Position numbers and translations under genes: made by a program. Below are positions 37,129 to 47,402 of a stretch of DNA of 64,000 nucleotides, piece after piece. How positions within the stretch are numbered: position 1 is the first letter of the stretch; every line of letters begins with the position of its first letter. The stretch covers positions 928,001-992,000 of the forward strand of contig CAXXWC010000021.1 of assembly GCA_963668645.2 (NCBI GenBank), in the 5' to 3' direction. The DNA comes from Desulfobacterales bacterium. Its GTDB lineage: Bacteria; Desulfobacterota; Desulfobacteria; Desulfobacterales; UBA2174. A model generated the notes under the pieces. That model made no database searches. It saw only the letters and a list, made by a program, of their open reading frames with translations, and was not told where the DNA came from.

Positions 37129-38850
37129 TCAGTCTCGGTCACCGCCTGTTTTCGCCGCCGTAGCCAAATCGGGCTTCAGCAAACGCGCCTTGGCGTAAAA
37201 CACCAGGGCGGTTTCACGCCGGCCTTCGCGCTCGAAAATCCGTCCGGCCTGGTGATAGGCGTCTGCGTATTCGGGATCAAGGGTGATGGCCTTGAGGAAA
37301 AACTCCATCGCCGCCTTGTAGGCGCCCTGCTCCATGCGCAAAAAACCTTGAAGATAGATCAATGTGACGTCCTCCGGATCGAGTTTCCGATTTATCTGGA
37401 TATGCGCCTCGGCCTCCGGGAATCGCCCCCGCAGAATCAATAGCTTGACGAGGTTGTTTCTGGCGACCAGATCCTGAGGGTCGATTTCGAGGGCCCGATC
37501 CAGATGCAGAATGCTCTCATCCACCTTTCCCCGCGCATACAGGGCCGCGGCGAGATTGTTTCGGGCCAAGCCACTTTCCGGATGAACCTGGACCGCGTGG
37601 GAAAACAGGGTCAGATCATTTTCCCAGTGGCGCAACTGATCGACGGTGCGAATCGCCAGCAGTGCCAAAATCAGTGCGCTCAAGAGAACCGCCGTGTTTT
37701 TGATCCTCGGCCATCGGTCGCAAACTTCCTTACCCCCCCAGGCCGCGATGATAAACAGGCCGGTCAGTGGAATGTAAGTATAGCGGTCGGCCATGGCCTG
37801 GGTCCCGACTTGAACCAAGCCGATGACCGGCACGAGGGTTCCGAGAAACCAGAACCAGCCAAGCGTCAAATAGGCATGCCGATCTCTGAGGATCAGGGCA
37901 ATCCCGGTCAGCGAAAGAATCAACGCCAAGGCGCAAAGCGCCTTCCACCAGACAAGGGACGAAATGTCGTACGGATAAAACACGCTGAGATTCAGGGGCC
38001 AGAACGCCTTGAAAAGATAGTTGGCATAGGATGTAAGGGCGTTGGCGATGCGTGCCGAAACGGGAAAAACCCCCACGGATTGCACCGCTCCGCCGCTGTG
38101 CTGGGCGGCGAAGGTAACGACGCAGGACAGAATCGACAGCCCCAGCAGGGGGAGTTTCTCGAGGATCAAGGTGCGGTATCGGATTGCTTTCTCCATGGAA
38201 ACGCCAAGAGCCGGGTCGGGCAGAGATTCGTCGCCACCCGGCCACCGCCTCAGGGGCCATCGGTCGAGCAAGAACATCAGAAAGGGCCAGGTCACCAGCA
38301 TCGGTTTGCTCATCAATCCGAGTCCAAGAAAAAGAAAACAGAGCAGATAGTCTTGTCGCTGCTTGTTCTGGGCATATCGCCCATAGGCCCATAGCGAGAG
38401 CCATCCCCAGAAGGTGCACAGCAAATCCTTGCGCTCGGAAATCCAGGCCACCGATTCCACATGCAGCGGGTGCAGGGCGAACAAAATCGCCGCCAGCGCA
38501 CTCGGTCCCAAGACGCCGGTCATTTGCTTGAGCAAAAGAAACAACCCCATGCTGTTGAGCCCGTGCAGCAGCAGATTCGACAGATGGTGGCCGCCGGGGG
38601 CCACTCCGAACACATCGACGTCCGTCATGTGGGCCAGCCAGGTCAGCGGATGCCAGTTGGCGCCGTGAAAGGCCGTCAATGCCCAGTTCACGCCCTCCAG
38701 GCTCATCCCTCGCAAGATCATCGGGTTTTGGGTGACGTAGACCTGATCGTCGAAAGCGGCAAAACCGAAACCGGTCACTCGCCAGTAGACAACCATGACC
38801 GCAGCGAAAATGAAGATTGAGACGATAATTTCCTTTAACGTATCTTTCAT
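37129..38850 (-). CDS. TMTC-like GT-C membrane glycosyltransferase with C-terminal TPRs
   Basis: FDDQVYVTQNP, WHPLTW, HLSNLLLH, HPLHVESVAWISERKD, ADRYTY, TPR repeats. Confidence 0.8.
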   Translation of the reverse strand: MKDTLKEIIVSIFIFAAVMVVYWRVTGFGFAAFDDQVYVTQNPMILRGMSLEGVNWALTAFHGANWHPLTWLAHMTDVDVFGVAPGGHHLSNLLLHGLNSMGLFLLLKQMTGVLGPSALAAILFALHPLHVESVAWISERKDLLCTFWGWLSLWAYGRYAQNKQRQDYLLCFLFLGLGLMSKPMLVTWPFLMFLLDRWPLRRWPGGDESLPDPALGVSMEKAIRYRTLILEKLPLLGLSILSCVVTFAAQHSGGAVQSVGVFPVSARIANALTSYANYLFKAFWPLNLSVFYPYDISSLVWWKALCALALILSLTGIALILRDRHAYLTLGWFWFLGTLVPVIGLVQVGTQAMADRYTYIPLTGLFIIAAWGGKEVCDRWPRIKNTAVLLSALILALLAIRTVDQLRHWENDLTLFSHAVQVHPESGLARNNLAAALYARGKVDESILHLDRALEIDPQDLVARNNLVKLLILRGRFPEAEAHIQINRKLDPEDVTLIYLQGFLRMEQGAYKAAMEFFLKAITLDPEYADAYHQAGRIFEREGRRETALVFYAKARLLKPDLATAAKTGGDRD

Positions 38851-38938
38851 CGCAACTCGAGCCGCGGTACCTTGTTCGTATTGGCGCCGTAAGGCGCATG
38901 GAGGCGGACTGACTTCGGCAGGTCCGTGTCGGCAGAAT

Positions 38939-39724
38939 TTATCGAACACTGATATCGATCCGGTGGAGCCGAGTTGGGAGTCTCGGAAAAATGGCCGGAT
39001 GGACCACCCCCAACCGCGCCATGGCGAAGCTGGTGGCGGTACACAGGCATCCCAATCCATAAATCACGCTGCGGCCGAAATCGATGGAAGACGCATCAGG
39101 AAAATAGCGTGTCGGGCAGCTCACCTCGCCGATGGAATAGCCAAACCAGAGAACCTGAAGCAGCATCTGGTTGTCGAAGACGAAATCATCCGCATTGGCC
39201 GAAAGCGGCAGCCGTTCTAGCAGTTCCCGCGAGAAGGCCCGGTATCCGGTGTGGTATTCGGAGAGCTTGGCCCGTGTGAGCAGGTTTTCCACCGCCGTCA
39301 AAGCCCGGTTGGCCATGTACTTCCAGCCAGGCATTCCTCCCCGCAGCGCATGCCCACCCAAAATGCGCGACCCGAGCACGCACTGGTATAGCCCACTGGC
39401 GATCATGGCGACCATGACCGGAATCAGTTTGGGGGTGTACTGATAGTCCGGGTGGACCATGACGACGATGTCGGCTCCGGCGTCAAGCGCCAATCGGTAG
39501 CAGGTCTTCTGGTTGGCGCCGTACCCGCGATTGGCCGGGTGGACCTGGACCGTCGTGCGGGGCAGTTCACGGGCAACCGCCACGGTGCGATCATGACTGC
39601 CGTCGTCCACGACAATCACCCGGTCGACGATCTTTTGGGCCATGACCTCTTCATAGGTCTGTCTCAGAGTCCGCTCCGCGTTGTAGGCGGGCATGACCAC
39701 CACGATGTGTTTGTCCTGATACAA
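38939..39724 (-). CDS. GT2 glycosyltransferase, DPM1-like (polyprenol-phosphate sugar synthase)
   Basis: VVMPAYNAE, VDDGSHD, NRGYG, HPDYQY, GYRAF; TTG start after GGAGA. Confidence 0.88.
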   Translation of the reverse strand: MYQDKHIVVVMPAYNAERTLRQTYEEVMAQKIVDRVIVVDDGSHDRTVAVARELPRTTVQVHPANRGYGANQKTCYRLALDAGADIVVMVHPDYQYTPKLIPVMVAMIASGLYQCVLGSRILGGHALRGGMPGWKYMANRALTAVENLLTRAKLSEYHTGYRAFSRELLERLPLSANADDFVFDNQMLLQVLWFGYSIGEVSCPTRYFPDASSIDFGRSVIYGLGCLCTATSFAMARLGVVHPAIFPRLPTRLHRIDISVR

Positions 39725-39794
39725 ACTGATTCTCCGGTGGCGATTCGGGATTTCCATTTGTGCCTTGCACGCACCTCGAATGATCTACCACCGT

Positions 39795-41756
39795 TCACGG
39801 GACTCCCTGTCCGCGGAAGGGGTGCCCAGAAAGGTAAACCCTTCGCCGCTGTCCGATGGATTTAGCCAAATCTGCCATGTCGAACCTTGCGGCCAGCGCT
39901 GCCGCATGGCTGGCAATAGCCGCCGCTTCACGGTATCGACCGGCTTCGGCCAGCGCCGCCGCCAATGCATCCAAGGCCGCCGGCTGTTTCTCCCCCACGA
40001 GAACGATGAGGTGTTCCGCCAGCGAAACGGCCTGCGTTCCGTTTCGCACTTTCGGATTCGGATCGGAGGAAAGCAGCCAAATCAGCTGCACCATGGCTTC
40101 TGCCATATGGGGTTGGATCTGAAGCGCCTTTCGAAAATAAGCGGCCGCATCCTCCGAACGGCCGTCGGACCAGGCAACCCGTCCAAGGTTGTAGTAAGCG
40201 CCCACGTAGCTCGGATCGATTTGCAACACCTTTTCGTAAGCCGCGACCGCCTCGGCAAATCTTCCTTTCCTCGCAAGAACGGATCCCAGGGCGTTTTGCG
40301 CGCGCACGTCACTCGAATCAATGGCGAACGCCCGGCGGTAGTGGTACATCGCATCATCAAGCCGCCCTCGGCGGTCCAAAGCCTGCGCCAATCCGTAATG
40401 GGGTCTTGCCTTTTGCGGTGATTTTTCCACGCAATCGGACATCAGCCGCAGGTTGTCAGCCCAAACGAAATTCCGCTGGTATGTCCACACACTGAAAAGG
40501 CCGACGAGCAAAATGAGCGCCACGGTCGGCTGCCAGGCCGGACGCCAGACACGAACCACAACATCGGCCAGCGCCGCATAGATGATCATAGACGGAAGGT
40601 AGAAACGGTGCTCGAAAACAAGTTCCAGAGGAATTACCGAAGATTCGACAACCAGATTACCGAAAAACCAGAATACGGCAAAACTGGCCAAACGGTTCTT
40701 TCTGGCTCGCACCACGGCGAGCATGACCAGGGCAATAATCAGAAGCAATGACGCGAGAGTCGTCGGCGGTGCCAATAGAGCGGTGGAAATCATCACGTCG
40801 TGGTCCAGGTTCAACCGTGACGGATGGGGGAAAACAATCAGGGAAAGATAGAACACCAACACTCGTGTCTGGGTCAGAAGCCGCTCGGTGAGAGTAAATG
40901 GGCGTGTCTCGTAGCCGTCCTGGATCCATTGCGCCATGGCTGCCGGCCCATTCCCCGAGTAAAGCCACACACCGACAAAAACGCCCACGATGGCCACCAC
41001 CCCCAACAGAGCCAGCCGCCGCATCCATTGCCGATCGAGATCCCGGAAGAAAAACCCCTCATAGAGGATCAGGGCAAAGGGCAGGGTCGCTACAATCTCC
41101 TTAGAGCCGACACCTAAAAACGTGCAGATCATGCAAGCCGCAAACCATAAAATTTTAGATTTCCTCGTTTCGGCCTGCCGAGCGTAAACGAAACAAATCA
41201 TCGCGGCCAGGTAGAACGTGGCGGCCAGAAGGGTCATTCGTTGCACCACATAGCTGACCGCCTGGGTTTGGGCCGGATTGACAACCCAGATCAAGGCCCC
41301 CAGCAACGGGACCGTTTTCAGGTCCCTCACCCCTTTCCGGCTTCCCCCATTTGCATGAATCTGCAACAGTGTCTGAAGCAATAAGAAATACAGCAACGCT
41401 CCATTTGTTGCATGGATGGCGATGTTGACCAGATGATAGCCGAACACCGCATAACCGTGCAGGTAGTAGTTGAGGGCGAAGCTCACGTTTGCGACAGGAC
41501 GAGTCGAAAGCCGTCCGGCGGCCGCGCGCTTCAACTGGACCCCATCTAACCGGTCGATCCGGATCAACGCATTATCTACAATGTTCGGAATATCGTCAAA
41601 AACGAATGGACCGCCAAGACTGTTGGAGTAAAGGCAAAAGGCCATAGCGGCAAAGACAAAGGCAACAAGATAAATTGAAAACAAAGGAACAGCCTGAGCC
41701 TTGCCTTGGCGATTCGCAGATATATCGGCGGATATTCCCATGGAAAAGACAAACAC
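39795..41756 (-). CDS. TMTC-like GT-C membrane glycosyltransferase with C-terminal TPRs
   Basis: FVFDDIPNIVDN, RPVANVSFALNY, YHLVNIAIH, QAVSYVVQR, EHRFYLPS, TPR repeats; start uncertain. Confidence 0.8.
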   Translation of the reverse strand: MFVFSMGISADISANRQGKAQAVPLFSIYLVAFVFAAMAFCLYSNSLGGPFVFDDIPNIVDNALIRIDRLDGVQLKRAAAGRLSTRPVANVSFALNYYLHGYAVFGYHLVNIAIHATNGALLYFLLLQTLLQIHANGGSRKGVRDLKTVPLLGALIWVVNPAQTQAVSYVVQRMTLLAATFYLAAMICFVYARQAETRKSKILWFAACMICTFLGVGSKEIVATLPFALILYEGFFFRDLDRQWMRRLALLGVVAIVGVFVGVWLYSGNGPAAMAQWIQDGYETRPFTLTERLLTQTRVLVFYLSLIVFPHPSRLNLDHDVMISTALLAPPTTLASLLLIIALVMLAVVRARKNRLASFAVFWFFGNLVVESSVIPLELVFEHRFYLPSMIIYAALADVVVRVWRPAWQPTVALILLVGLFSVWTYQRNFVWADNLRLMSDCVEKSPQKARPHYGLAQALDRRGRLDDAMYHYRRAFAIDSSDVRAQNALGSVLARKGRFAEAVAAYEKVLQIDPSYVGAYYNLGRVAWSDGRSEDAAAYFRKALQIQPHMAEAMVQLIWLLSSDPNPKVRNGTQAVSLAEHLIVLVGEKQPAALDALAAALAEAGRYREAAAIASHAAALAARFDMADLAKSIGQRRRVYLSGHPFRGQGVP

Positions 41757-41811
41757 TGATATATCTAAAAGTATAGCCGGAGGGTTGCCGGAGGGTACCG
41801 ATTATCCACTA

Positions 41812-43481
41812 GTTTCCGTCCATAAATCGCCAAAATCAGCCGCCCGAGGACCCTGCAAAGAGGCGGCAGGCGAATAATCTCGAAAGAATTTAGCAAAAAA
41901 CAAGCCCTTAACAGTAAATGTTACCATTCACCCTAAAATCCGGGAACACCTCACCTGTTGGCTTTACGTATCGAACGGGTGCCGTACCGTCAGGCCAACT
42001 GTTTGCGGGCAATCGTAAGCAGGTTGGCCGAAACGATCGACGCCCAAACATAACTCTGGAACGATCGCCATCCTTTCCAAATGCACCGATCCAGCCCCAG
42101 GCTGCGCTTGAGCCAGGATATGCCCGCCTCGATGCCGGCCCGGAAGCGACGAAGGCGCCTGTACACATACGGGCTGCGGCACATCTTCTCCGGGTCCAGG
42201 CCGCGCTTTTTGGCAAAACAGACGTCTTTGATTCCCTTGTCCTTGGCGGCCTTCAAATTCGCCTTGGAAGCAAACCCTCCGTCCAGTGCAACTTTGAGCG
42301 GGCAGCGCCCGTAAATCTTTTCTTGCCGATCGAGCATCGTCTGGGTCAAGGTCACATCGGCCGGGTTGCCTTCCACGATCTGACAATCGAGAATCAGGTT
42401 CGAACGGCCTCCGGTCAGACATATCTTGTGACCGAAAAATGTGTCGCGCCGGTCCTTGACGATGATGTCGGTATGCTCCTCGAAAATCGACACGAGCTTT
42501 TCCGAGGCCGGAACCTTCTCTCCTTTGATGACGCGGCGCTGGGTCTGCGCGATGACCTTTTCAGTCAGTGCAACGTAGCGTTCCAATTCAAAAAACAGGC
42601 CCAGCGCGGTCAGGTTGTCAGCACCGACCGTCTTGAGCCGTTCGATAGCGCGCCGGGCCGAAGCCAACGACTTTGCCGTGTACTTGAGAAGATCGACATA
42701 GGCCCCACGACGTTCATTTTTGCTGCGGGCGTACTGAATTTTGACCATGCGCCGTTTGGCCACCCGGCGGTGATCGTGGTATCCAAATCGGCCCAGGCCA
42801 AGATCCCGGACCCTTTGCTGCAACCGGCTCAGCACCCGGACACAATCATACAGCAGGCTCGAATCACTGGGCGCGTGGATATTGCTTTCGACAACCGTAC
42901 AATCGATACGTGCCACACGGCCTTTTTCGATCTTGTTTTGTTTGGCATAACCGAGCACTTCAAGGTTGATCGCCTCCCAGGTCTGATCCGACAGGGCCTT
43001 GATGTTTTTGTTGAGCACCGACTTTTTGAACCCCTTGTCGGCAATGCCGATACGGCAAAAACGCCGGATACTCTGGCTGTCGACCAGATGAAAAGCCAGG
43101 TCCTGGTAGGTCAACTCGTGGAGCCTCATCACCACGGCCGCTCGCAGCACCTGCTCGGCGCTCATGCCTTTTGCCCCGGCACGGCTGACAACACGGCGCC
43201 GCTTGCAAAGATCTTGCAGCACGAACTCGGTGATGATAGGTTTGCTGTCCAGGATGCCGGAGATGGCTTCGAGCTCTTGGGCTTGGATGTGGCTGGCGAT
43301 CTCGGGCATCAGGGGCATTTGGCGTTGCCATTTTTCGCGCATTTTGTGTTGGTCCTTTTCTCGGCTTTGTTAGTATTTACGGTTGTTTGGCGACATCGTT
43401 TATACTACACTCAGCCTCGAAACTCCAGCACAAAATGCGCTTTTTTATGCCGGCCGGATAGTTACGGCCGCGGATGGACAC
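41812..43481 (-). mobile_element. ISNCY-family IS (probably ISDol1 group), copy 1, 1670 bp
   Basis: Boundaries from comparison with copy 2; 6-bp TSD CCACTA at 41806-41811 and 43482-43487. Confidence 0.92.
41990..43342 (-). CDS. DDE transposase
   Basis: RIDCTVVESNI, ALDGGFAS, FRAGIEAGISWLKR. Confidence 0.93.
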   Translation of the reverse strand: MREKWQRQMPLMPEIASHIQAQELEAISGILDSKPIITEFVLQDLCKRRRVVSRAGAKGMSAEQVLRAAVVMRLHELTYQDLAFHLVDSQSIRRFCRIGIADKGFKKSVLNKNIKALSDQTWEAINLEVLGYAKQNKIEKGRVARIDCTVVESNIHAPSDSSLLYDCVRVLSRLQQRVRDLGLGRFGYHDHRRVAKRRMVKIQYARSKNERRGAYVDLLKYTAKSLASARRAIERLKTVGADNLTALGLFFELERYVALTEKVIAQTQRRVIKGEKVPASEKLVSIFEEHTDIIVKDRRDTFFGHKICLTGGRSNLILDCQIVEGNPADVTLTQTMLDRQEKIYGRCPLKVALDGGFASKANLKAAKDKGIKDVCFAKKRGLDPEKMCRSPYVYRRLRRFRAGIEAGISWLKRSLGLDRCIWKGWRSFQSYVWASIVSANLLTIARKQLA

Positions 43482-43579
43482 CCACTATAGTCGCAACCCA
43501 AAGCAAAATATAAAACAGAGGAGATACGTTATAATGAGCTGACAGCGGTTTGGAACCTGTTGCAGATCCGAAAAACGAT

Positions 43580-43609
43580 AAAAAAATAGGGGGTATCTCG
43601 ACCCCCTAT
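43580..43609 (-). terminator. pilA intrinsic terminator
   Basis: ATAGGGGGT-N6-ACCCCCTAT hairpin followed by a T-run on the minus strand. Confidence 0.75.
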
Positions 43610-43632
43610 CCCTTGAAAATTATTGATCACCG

Positions 43633-44025
43633 CTACTGCTGAGTCACTTGACCTGCTGTATCCATCGCAAAAGTATTAGCAGAACTCGAGTGCTTAAAGG
43701 TCATCGCAGTTGGCATGGTAATTACGCCTGACCCGTCATCGCGAATTGACCCTGCTGCAGTAATATCGGCAGGCAAGACAAATCCCGTGGGCGCGTTAGC
43801 AGTCGTAGTATCAAGGGTGGCGTGGCCTTTGTCTGCAAAGTATGCCAATGCAGTGTTATAGAAGTTTTTCGCTGCACTTTTAGCCGCCTGATCCTGCCCG
43901 CGGGTCCGGTAAGAGAGGAAGTTGGGAATCGCGATGGCCGCCAGAATGCCGATGATGGCGATGACGATCATCAACTCGATGAGGGTGAAGCCTTTTTGCC
44001 GTCTGGGTCTTAGCCGCTGCAACAT
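43633..44025 (-). CDS. pilA: Type IV major pilin
   Basis: Class III signal [36 protein letters not shown]; downstream of pilR. Confidence 0.95.
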   Translation of the reverse strand: MLQRLRPRRQKGFTLIELMIVIAIIGILAAIAIPNFLSYRTRGQDQAAKSAAKNFYNTALAYFADKGHATLDTTTANAPTGFVLPADITAAGSIRDDGSGVITMPTAMTFKHSSSANTFAMDTAGQVTQQ

Positions 44026-44132
44026 GGGGTGCCTCCTTTTGGTAGATAGATAATAATAGATGTCTGATATATCCGTGCCGAAATTGAATTCAGGCTACGA
44101 AAAACCGCACCTTCGCTTTTGGCTTAAAAGAC

Positions 44133-44148
44133 AGCAAAGAATGTGCCA
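44133..44148 (-). promoter_or_regulatory. sigma54 promoter of pilA
   Basis: TGGCACATTCTTTGCT, near-consensus -24/-12. Confidence 0.85.
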
Positions 44149-44242
44149 ATCCCCAAAAGTTTTTAAGACGACTCAACCATCGATTATTGCAGGCGATCTA
44201 ACAACGGGCAGCAACGCCTGCCGAGAAAGGGGCGGGGGGCGT

Positions 44243-44278
44243 TGACAAAATACGTCAGACGAATGACAAATATTGTCA
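44243..44278. promoter_or_regulatory. Tandem palindromic enhancer sites (putative PilR UAS)
   Basis: TGACAAAATACGTCA and TGACAAATATTGTCA, 21 bp apart, ~100-130 bp upstream of the sigma54 site. Confidence 0.6.
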
Positions 44279-44395
44279 GAAAGGCGTCTTGATCTCGCCG
44301 CAGGGAAAATCGTAATGGCCCGGAAGGCGGAATAATCCCGGAAAAAATATTGGAAAAGCGGCGCAGGCCCATCGTTAAGCAAGCGAAAAGGCCCT

Positions 44396-45784
44396 TCACT
44401 GGATCCCAAACTTCGCCAGCCGGTGTCGCATGCTCCGAAAGGACAATCCAAGAAGCTCGGCCGCCCGGCTCTTGTTGCCACCGCTGCACTCCAGGGCCTT
44501 TTCAAGGTAGGCTCGTTCGATCTCCTCTATAATAGCGTCCAGCTCGACACCGTTCTCAACGTCCTCAAGATCCTGAAACCGTCGTCCAACGGTTTGCTTC
44601 CAGCGATGCTTGTGCATGGACAGGGCCAGACTGTCGGGCAGGATGATGTTGGTGGTCGACAAGGCGACCGAGCGTTCGATGAGATTTTCCAGTTCGCGTA
44701 TATTTCCTGGGAAATCGTATCGCTGGAGCAAATCGATGGCGTAGCTGGAGATTTTGGTGATCTTCTTGCCCATCTGGCGGCTGTATTTTTCCAGAAAATG
44801 TTGAGCCAAGAGGCGAAGGTCGTCCTTGCGCTCACGCAGAGGCGGCAGGCGGATCTCAATGACGTTGAGCCGGTAGAAAAGATCCTCCCGAAATCGACCC
44901 GCGATCACTTCCTCTTCCAGGTTCTTGTTGGTCGCGGCGATGATCCGGAGGTCAGCCGAGACGTCCTCGTTTCCGCCTAAGGGCTTGAAGACCCTCTCCT
45001 GAAGAGCCCGCAGCAGCTTGACCTGAATCTGAGGACTGATCTCGCCGATCTCATCCAAAAAAAGGGTACCCCGGTCGGCCACGGCAAACAGGCCTTTTTG
45101 GTCCTGGGTGGCCCCGGTAAAGGCGCCCTTCTTATGTCCGAAAAGTTCGCTCTCCAGCAGGGTTTCAGGTATCCCGCCGCAATTGACCACCACGAAGGGC
45201 TGCTCGCTGCGTTCGCTCTGCTCGTGAAGGGCTTGGGCGATGAGCTCTTTGCCGGTACCGCTCTCACCGGTGATCAGGATATTGGTGCGGGTGGCGGCCA
45301 CTTGCAGAATCAGCTTGTATACGTGCATCATCTGAGTGCTGTGGCCCACGATACGTCCGAAATGGACTGTTTTTTGCAGTTCGTCGTCCAGGCGCTGCTT
45401 TTCTGCTTCCAGGGTTTTAAGATCCAGGGCCTTGCGGATGGTCTGTTGCAGTTCTTCCATATTGAACGGCTTGGGCACGTAATCGTACGCTCCCAGGTTC
45501 ATCGCTTCTACGGCCGTTTCGGTGCTGGCATAAGCCGATATCATGATCACCACCGTATCGGGATCCTTCTGCCGGGCCACCTTCAATACCTCCAGGCCGG
45601 TGATATCGCCCAGCCGGATGTCGCAGAGCAATAAGTCGAAATGGTTCTTTTCCAGAAGCGTCAAGGCGCTCTTGCCGTTGGGCGCCAATCGTACCCCGTA
45701 GCCCATACGTTCAAGCATAAGCTCCAGGATCTCGCGCATCCCTTCTTCGTCTTCGACGACCAGAATTTGGGTATCGGAATTCAT
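44396..45784 (-). CDS. pilR: sigma54-dependent response regulator (PilR/NtrC family)
   Basis: REC, GESGTGKE, ESELFGHKKGAFTGA, FREDLFYRLNV, Fis-type HTH; upstream of pilA. Confidence 0.88.
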   Translation of the reverse strand: MNSDTQILVVEDEEGMREILELMLERMGYGVRLAPNGKSALTLLEKNHFDLLLCDIRLGDITGLEVLKVARQKDPDTVVIMISAYASTETAVEAMNLGAYDYVPKPFNMEELQQTIRKALDLKTLEAEKQRLDDELQKTVHFGRIVGHSTQMMHVYKLILQVAATRTNILITGESGTGKELIAQALHEQSERSEQPFVVVNCGGIPETLLESELFGHKKGAFTGATQDQKGLFAVADRGTLFLDEIGEISPQIQVKLLRALQERVFKPLGGNEDVSADLRIIAATNKNLEEEVIAGRFREDLFYRLNVIEIRLPPLRERKDDLRLLAQHFLEKYSRQMGKKITKISSYAIDLLQRYDFPGNIRELENLIERSVALSTTNIILPDSLALSMHKHRWKQTVGRRFQDLEDVENGVELDAIIEEIERAYLEKALECSGGNKSRAAELLGLSFRSMRHRLAKFGIQ

Positions 45785-46121
45785 GCATGCATCTCCGGAT
45801 ATCGGATATTGGATCTCAGCGCTGCCGCCGGCTGCTGATGCAGCCCGGTCGGCCGAACAAGTAACGAAAACCGAAAACACGGCCGCTCCGGAACGAAATG
45901 CCGATATGAAAGATCTGTGTAAAGATCAAGGCACTGGAATGGATCAAGCCCAGATCTGATTCGTTCGCATGATACAGCCAGCTGCGGTGAACTGAATCCC
46001 GGCGTGCAAAATTTCGGCGTTATTTATACGGCTCTATGGAACGCAAGATACAGATTCCCAAAATGGACTGCATCACCGGAAAAGAAAGCTGGCCGCCAGC
46101 CGATCCCCCGGGCGGCTGTTT

Positions 46122-47402
46122 TTAAAGCTTTCTTTCATAAACCACCCGCCCGGCCACCAGGGTCATTACCACGCCTCCTGTGACCTGCCATCCGTCAAAG
46201 GGAGTATTGCGGCTGAGACTCAAGAAGCGGCGGCTGTCCACGCTCCAGCTCAGAGCCGGATCGATGAGAGTCATATCTGCCGGGCCGCCTTCGGCCAGGC
46301 CGCAAGGCAGGTTTAGGATGTGCGCAGGATTGACCGTCAGCTTGGCAACCAGTTCAGTGAGGCTCAGCACCCCGTCGGTCACCAGCTGCAAGGACAGAGG
46401 CAGGGCGGTCTCGAGCCCGATGATGCCGTTGGCCGCTTGATCGAATTCCAGATCTTTTTCCAGGGTGCTGTGGGGGGCGTGATCCGTGGCGATGGCATCC
46501 AAGGTGCCGTCGGCAAGACCTCGCCGCACGGCTTGGCGGTCCGCCTCGCTACGCAAAGGTGGATTCATTTTGGCACGAGTATCGTAATCGGCAACGGCAG
46601 CATCGGTAAGGGCAAAGTAATGCGGGGCCGTTTCTGCCGTTACCTTCACACCGTGCTGCTTGGCGGCCCGAATGGCGTCCACCGATTCGGCACAGCTGAC
46701 ATGGGCGACATGCAAGTGCGCACCGGTCAACTCGGCCAAGGCGATGTCGCGCATCACCATGATGCTCTCGGCCGCATTAGGAATTCCGGCCAACCCCAAA
46801 CGGGTGGCTACCGGTCCCTCGTTCATCACCCCCTCGCCCACCAGATCCAAATCTTCGCAGTGGCTGATGACCGTCATGTCGAAGCCGCGGGCGTATTCCA
46901 TGGCCCTGCGCATCATACGGCTGCCGGCCACCGGCCGGCCGTCATCGGAAAAAGCGACGGCTCCGGCATCTTTGAGGTCGGCAAATTCGCACAGTTGACT
47001 GCCCGCCTGTCCCCGGGTGACGGCCGCCACCGGGTAAACCCTGGCCGAGGCGGCGGCCCGGGCCTGCTCCAGCATAAAACGGGTCACTTGGGCATTGTCG
47101 TTAACCGGCACGGTGTTGGGCATGGCGCACACGGCCGCAAACCCGCCGGCAGCCGCCGCCCGGCAGCCGCTGGCGATGGTTTCCTTGTATTCCTGGCCCG
47201 GCTCGCGCAAATGCACATGCATGTCGATCAGGCCCGGCACCAGCAGCATCCCGGTGCCGTCGACAACCCTGTCAGCCGGTGCATTGGTCGCATCCTTCAT
47301 CGACCGTAAGCTCTCGATGCACCCCTCGGCGACTACCAGCTCGCCGGCCATGTCGGTGCGGCCCGGATCAAGGATCCGTGCATTGCTAATCCGGATTCGC
47401 AT
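46122..47402 (-). CDS. pyrC: Dihydroorotase
   Basis: [28 protein letters not shown]. Confidence 0.96.
   Translation of the reverse strand: MRIRISNARILDPGRTDMAGELVVAEGCIESLRSMKDATNAPADRVVDGTGMLLVPGLIDMHVHLREPGQEYKETIASGCRAAAAGGFAAVCAMPNTVPVNDNAQVTRFMLEQARAAASARVYPVAAVTRGQAGSQLCEFADLKDAGAVAFSDDGRPVAGSRMMRRAMEYARGFDMTVISHCEDLDLVGEGVMNEGPVATRLGLAGIPNAAESIMVMRDIALAELTGAHLHVAHVSCAESVDAIRAAKQHGVKVTAETAPHYFALTDAAVADYDTRAKMNPPLRSEADRQAVRRGLADGTLDAIATDHAPHSTLEKDLEFDQAANGIIGLETALPLSLQLVTDGVLSLTELVAKLTVNPAHILNLPCGLAEGGPADMTLIDPALSWSVDSRRFLSLSRNTPFDGWQVTGGVVMTLVAGRVVYERKL

Noticed and set aside
41918..43513. 531-aa and 514-aa ORFs antisense to the two transposases
   Set aside because: Present twice only because the IS is duplicated; they cross the IS boundary and have no protein features
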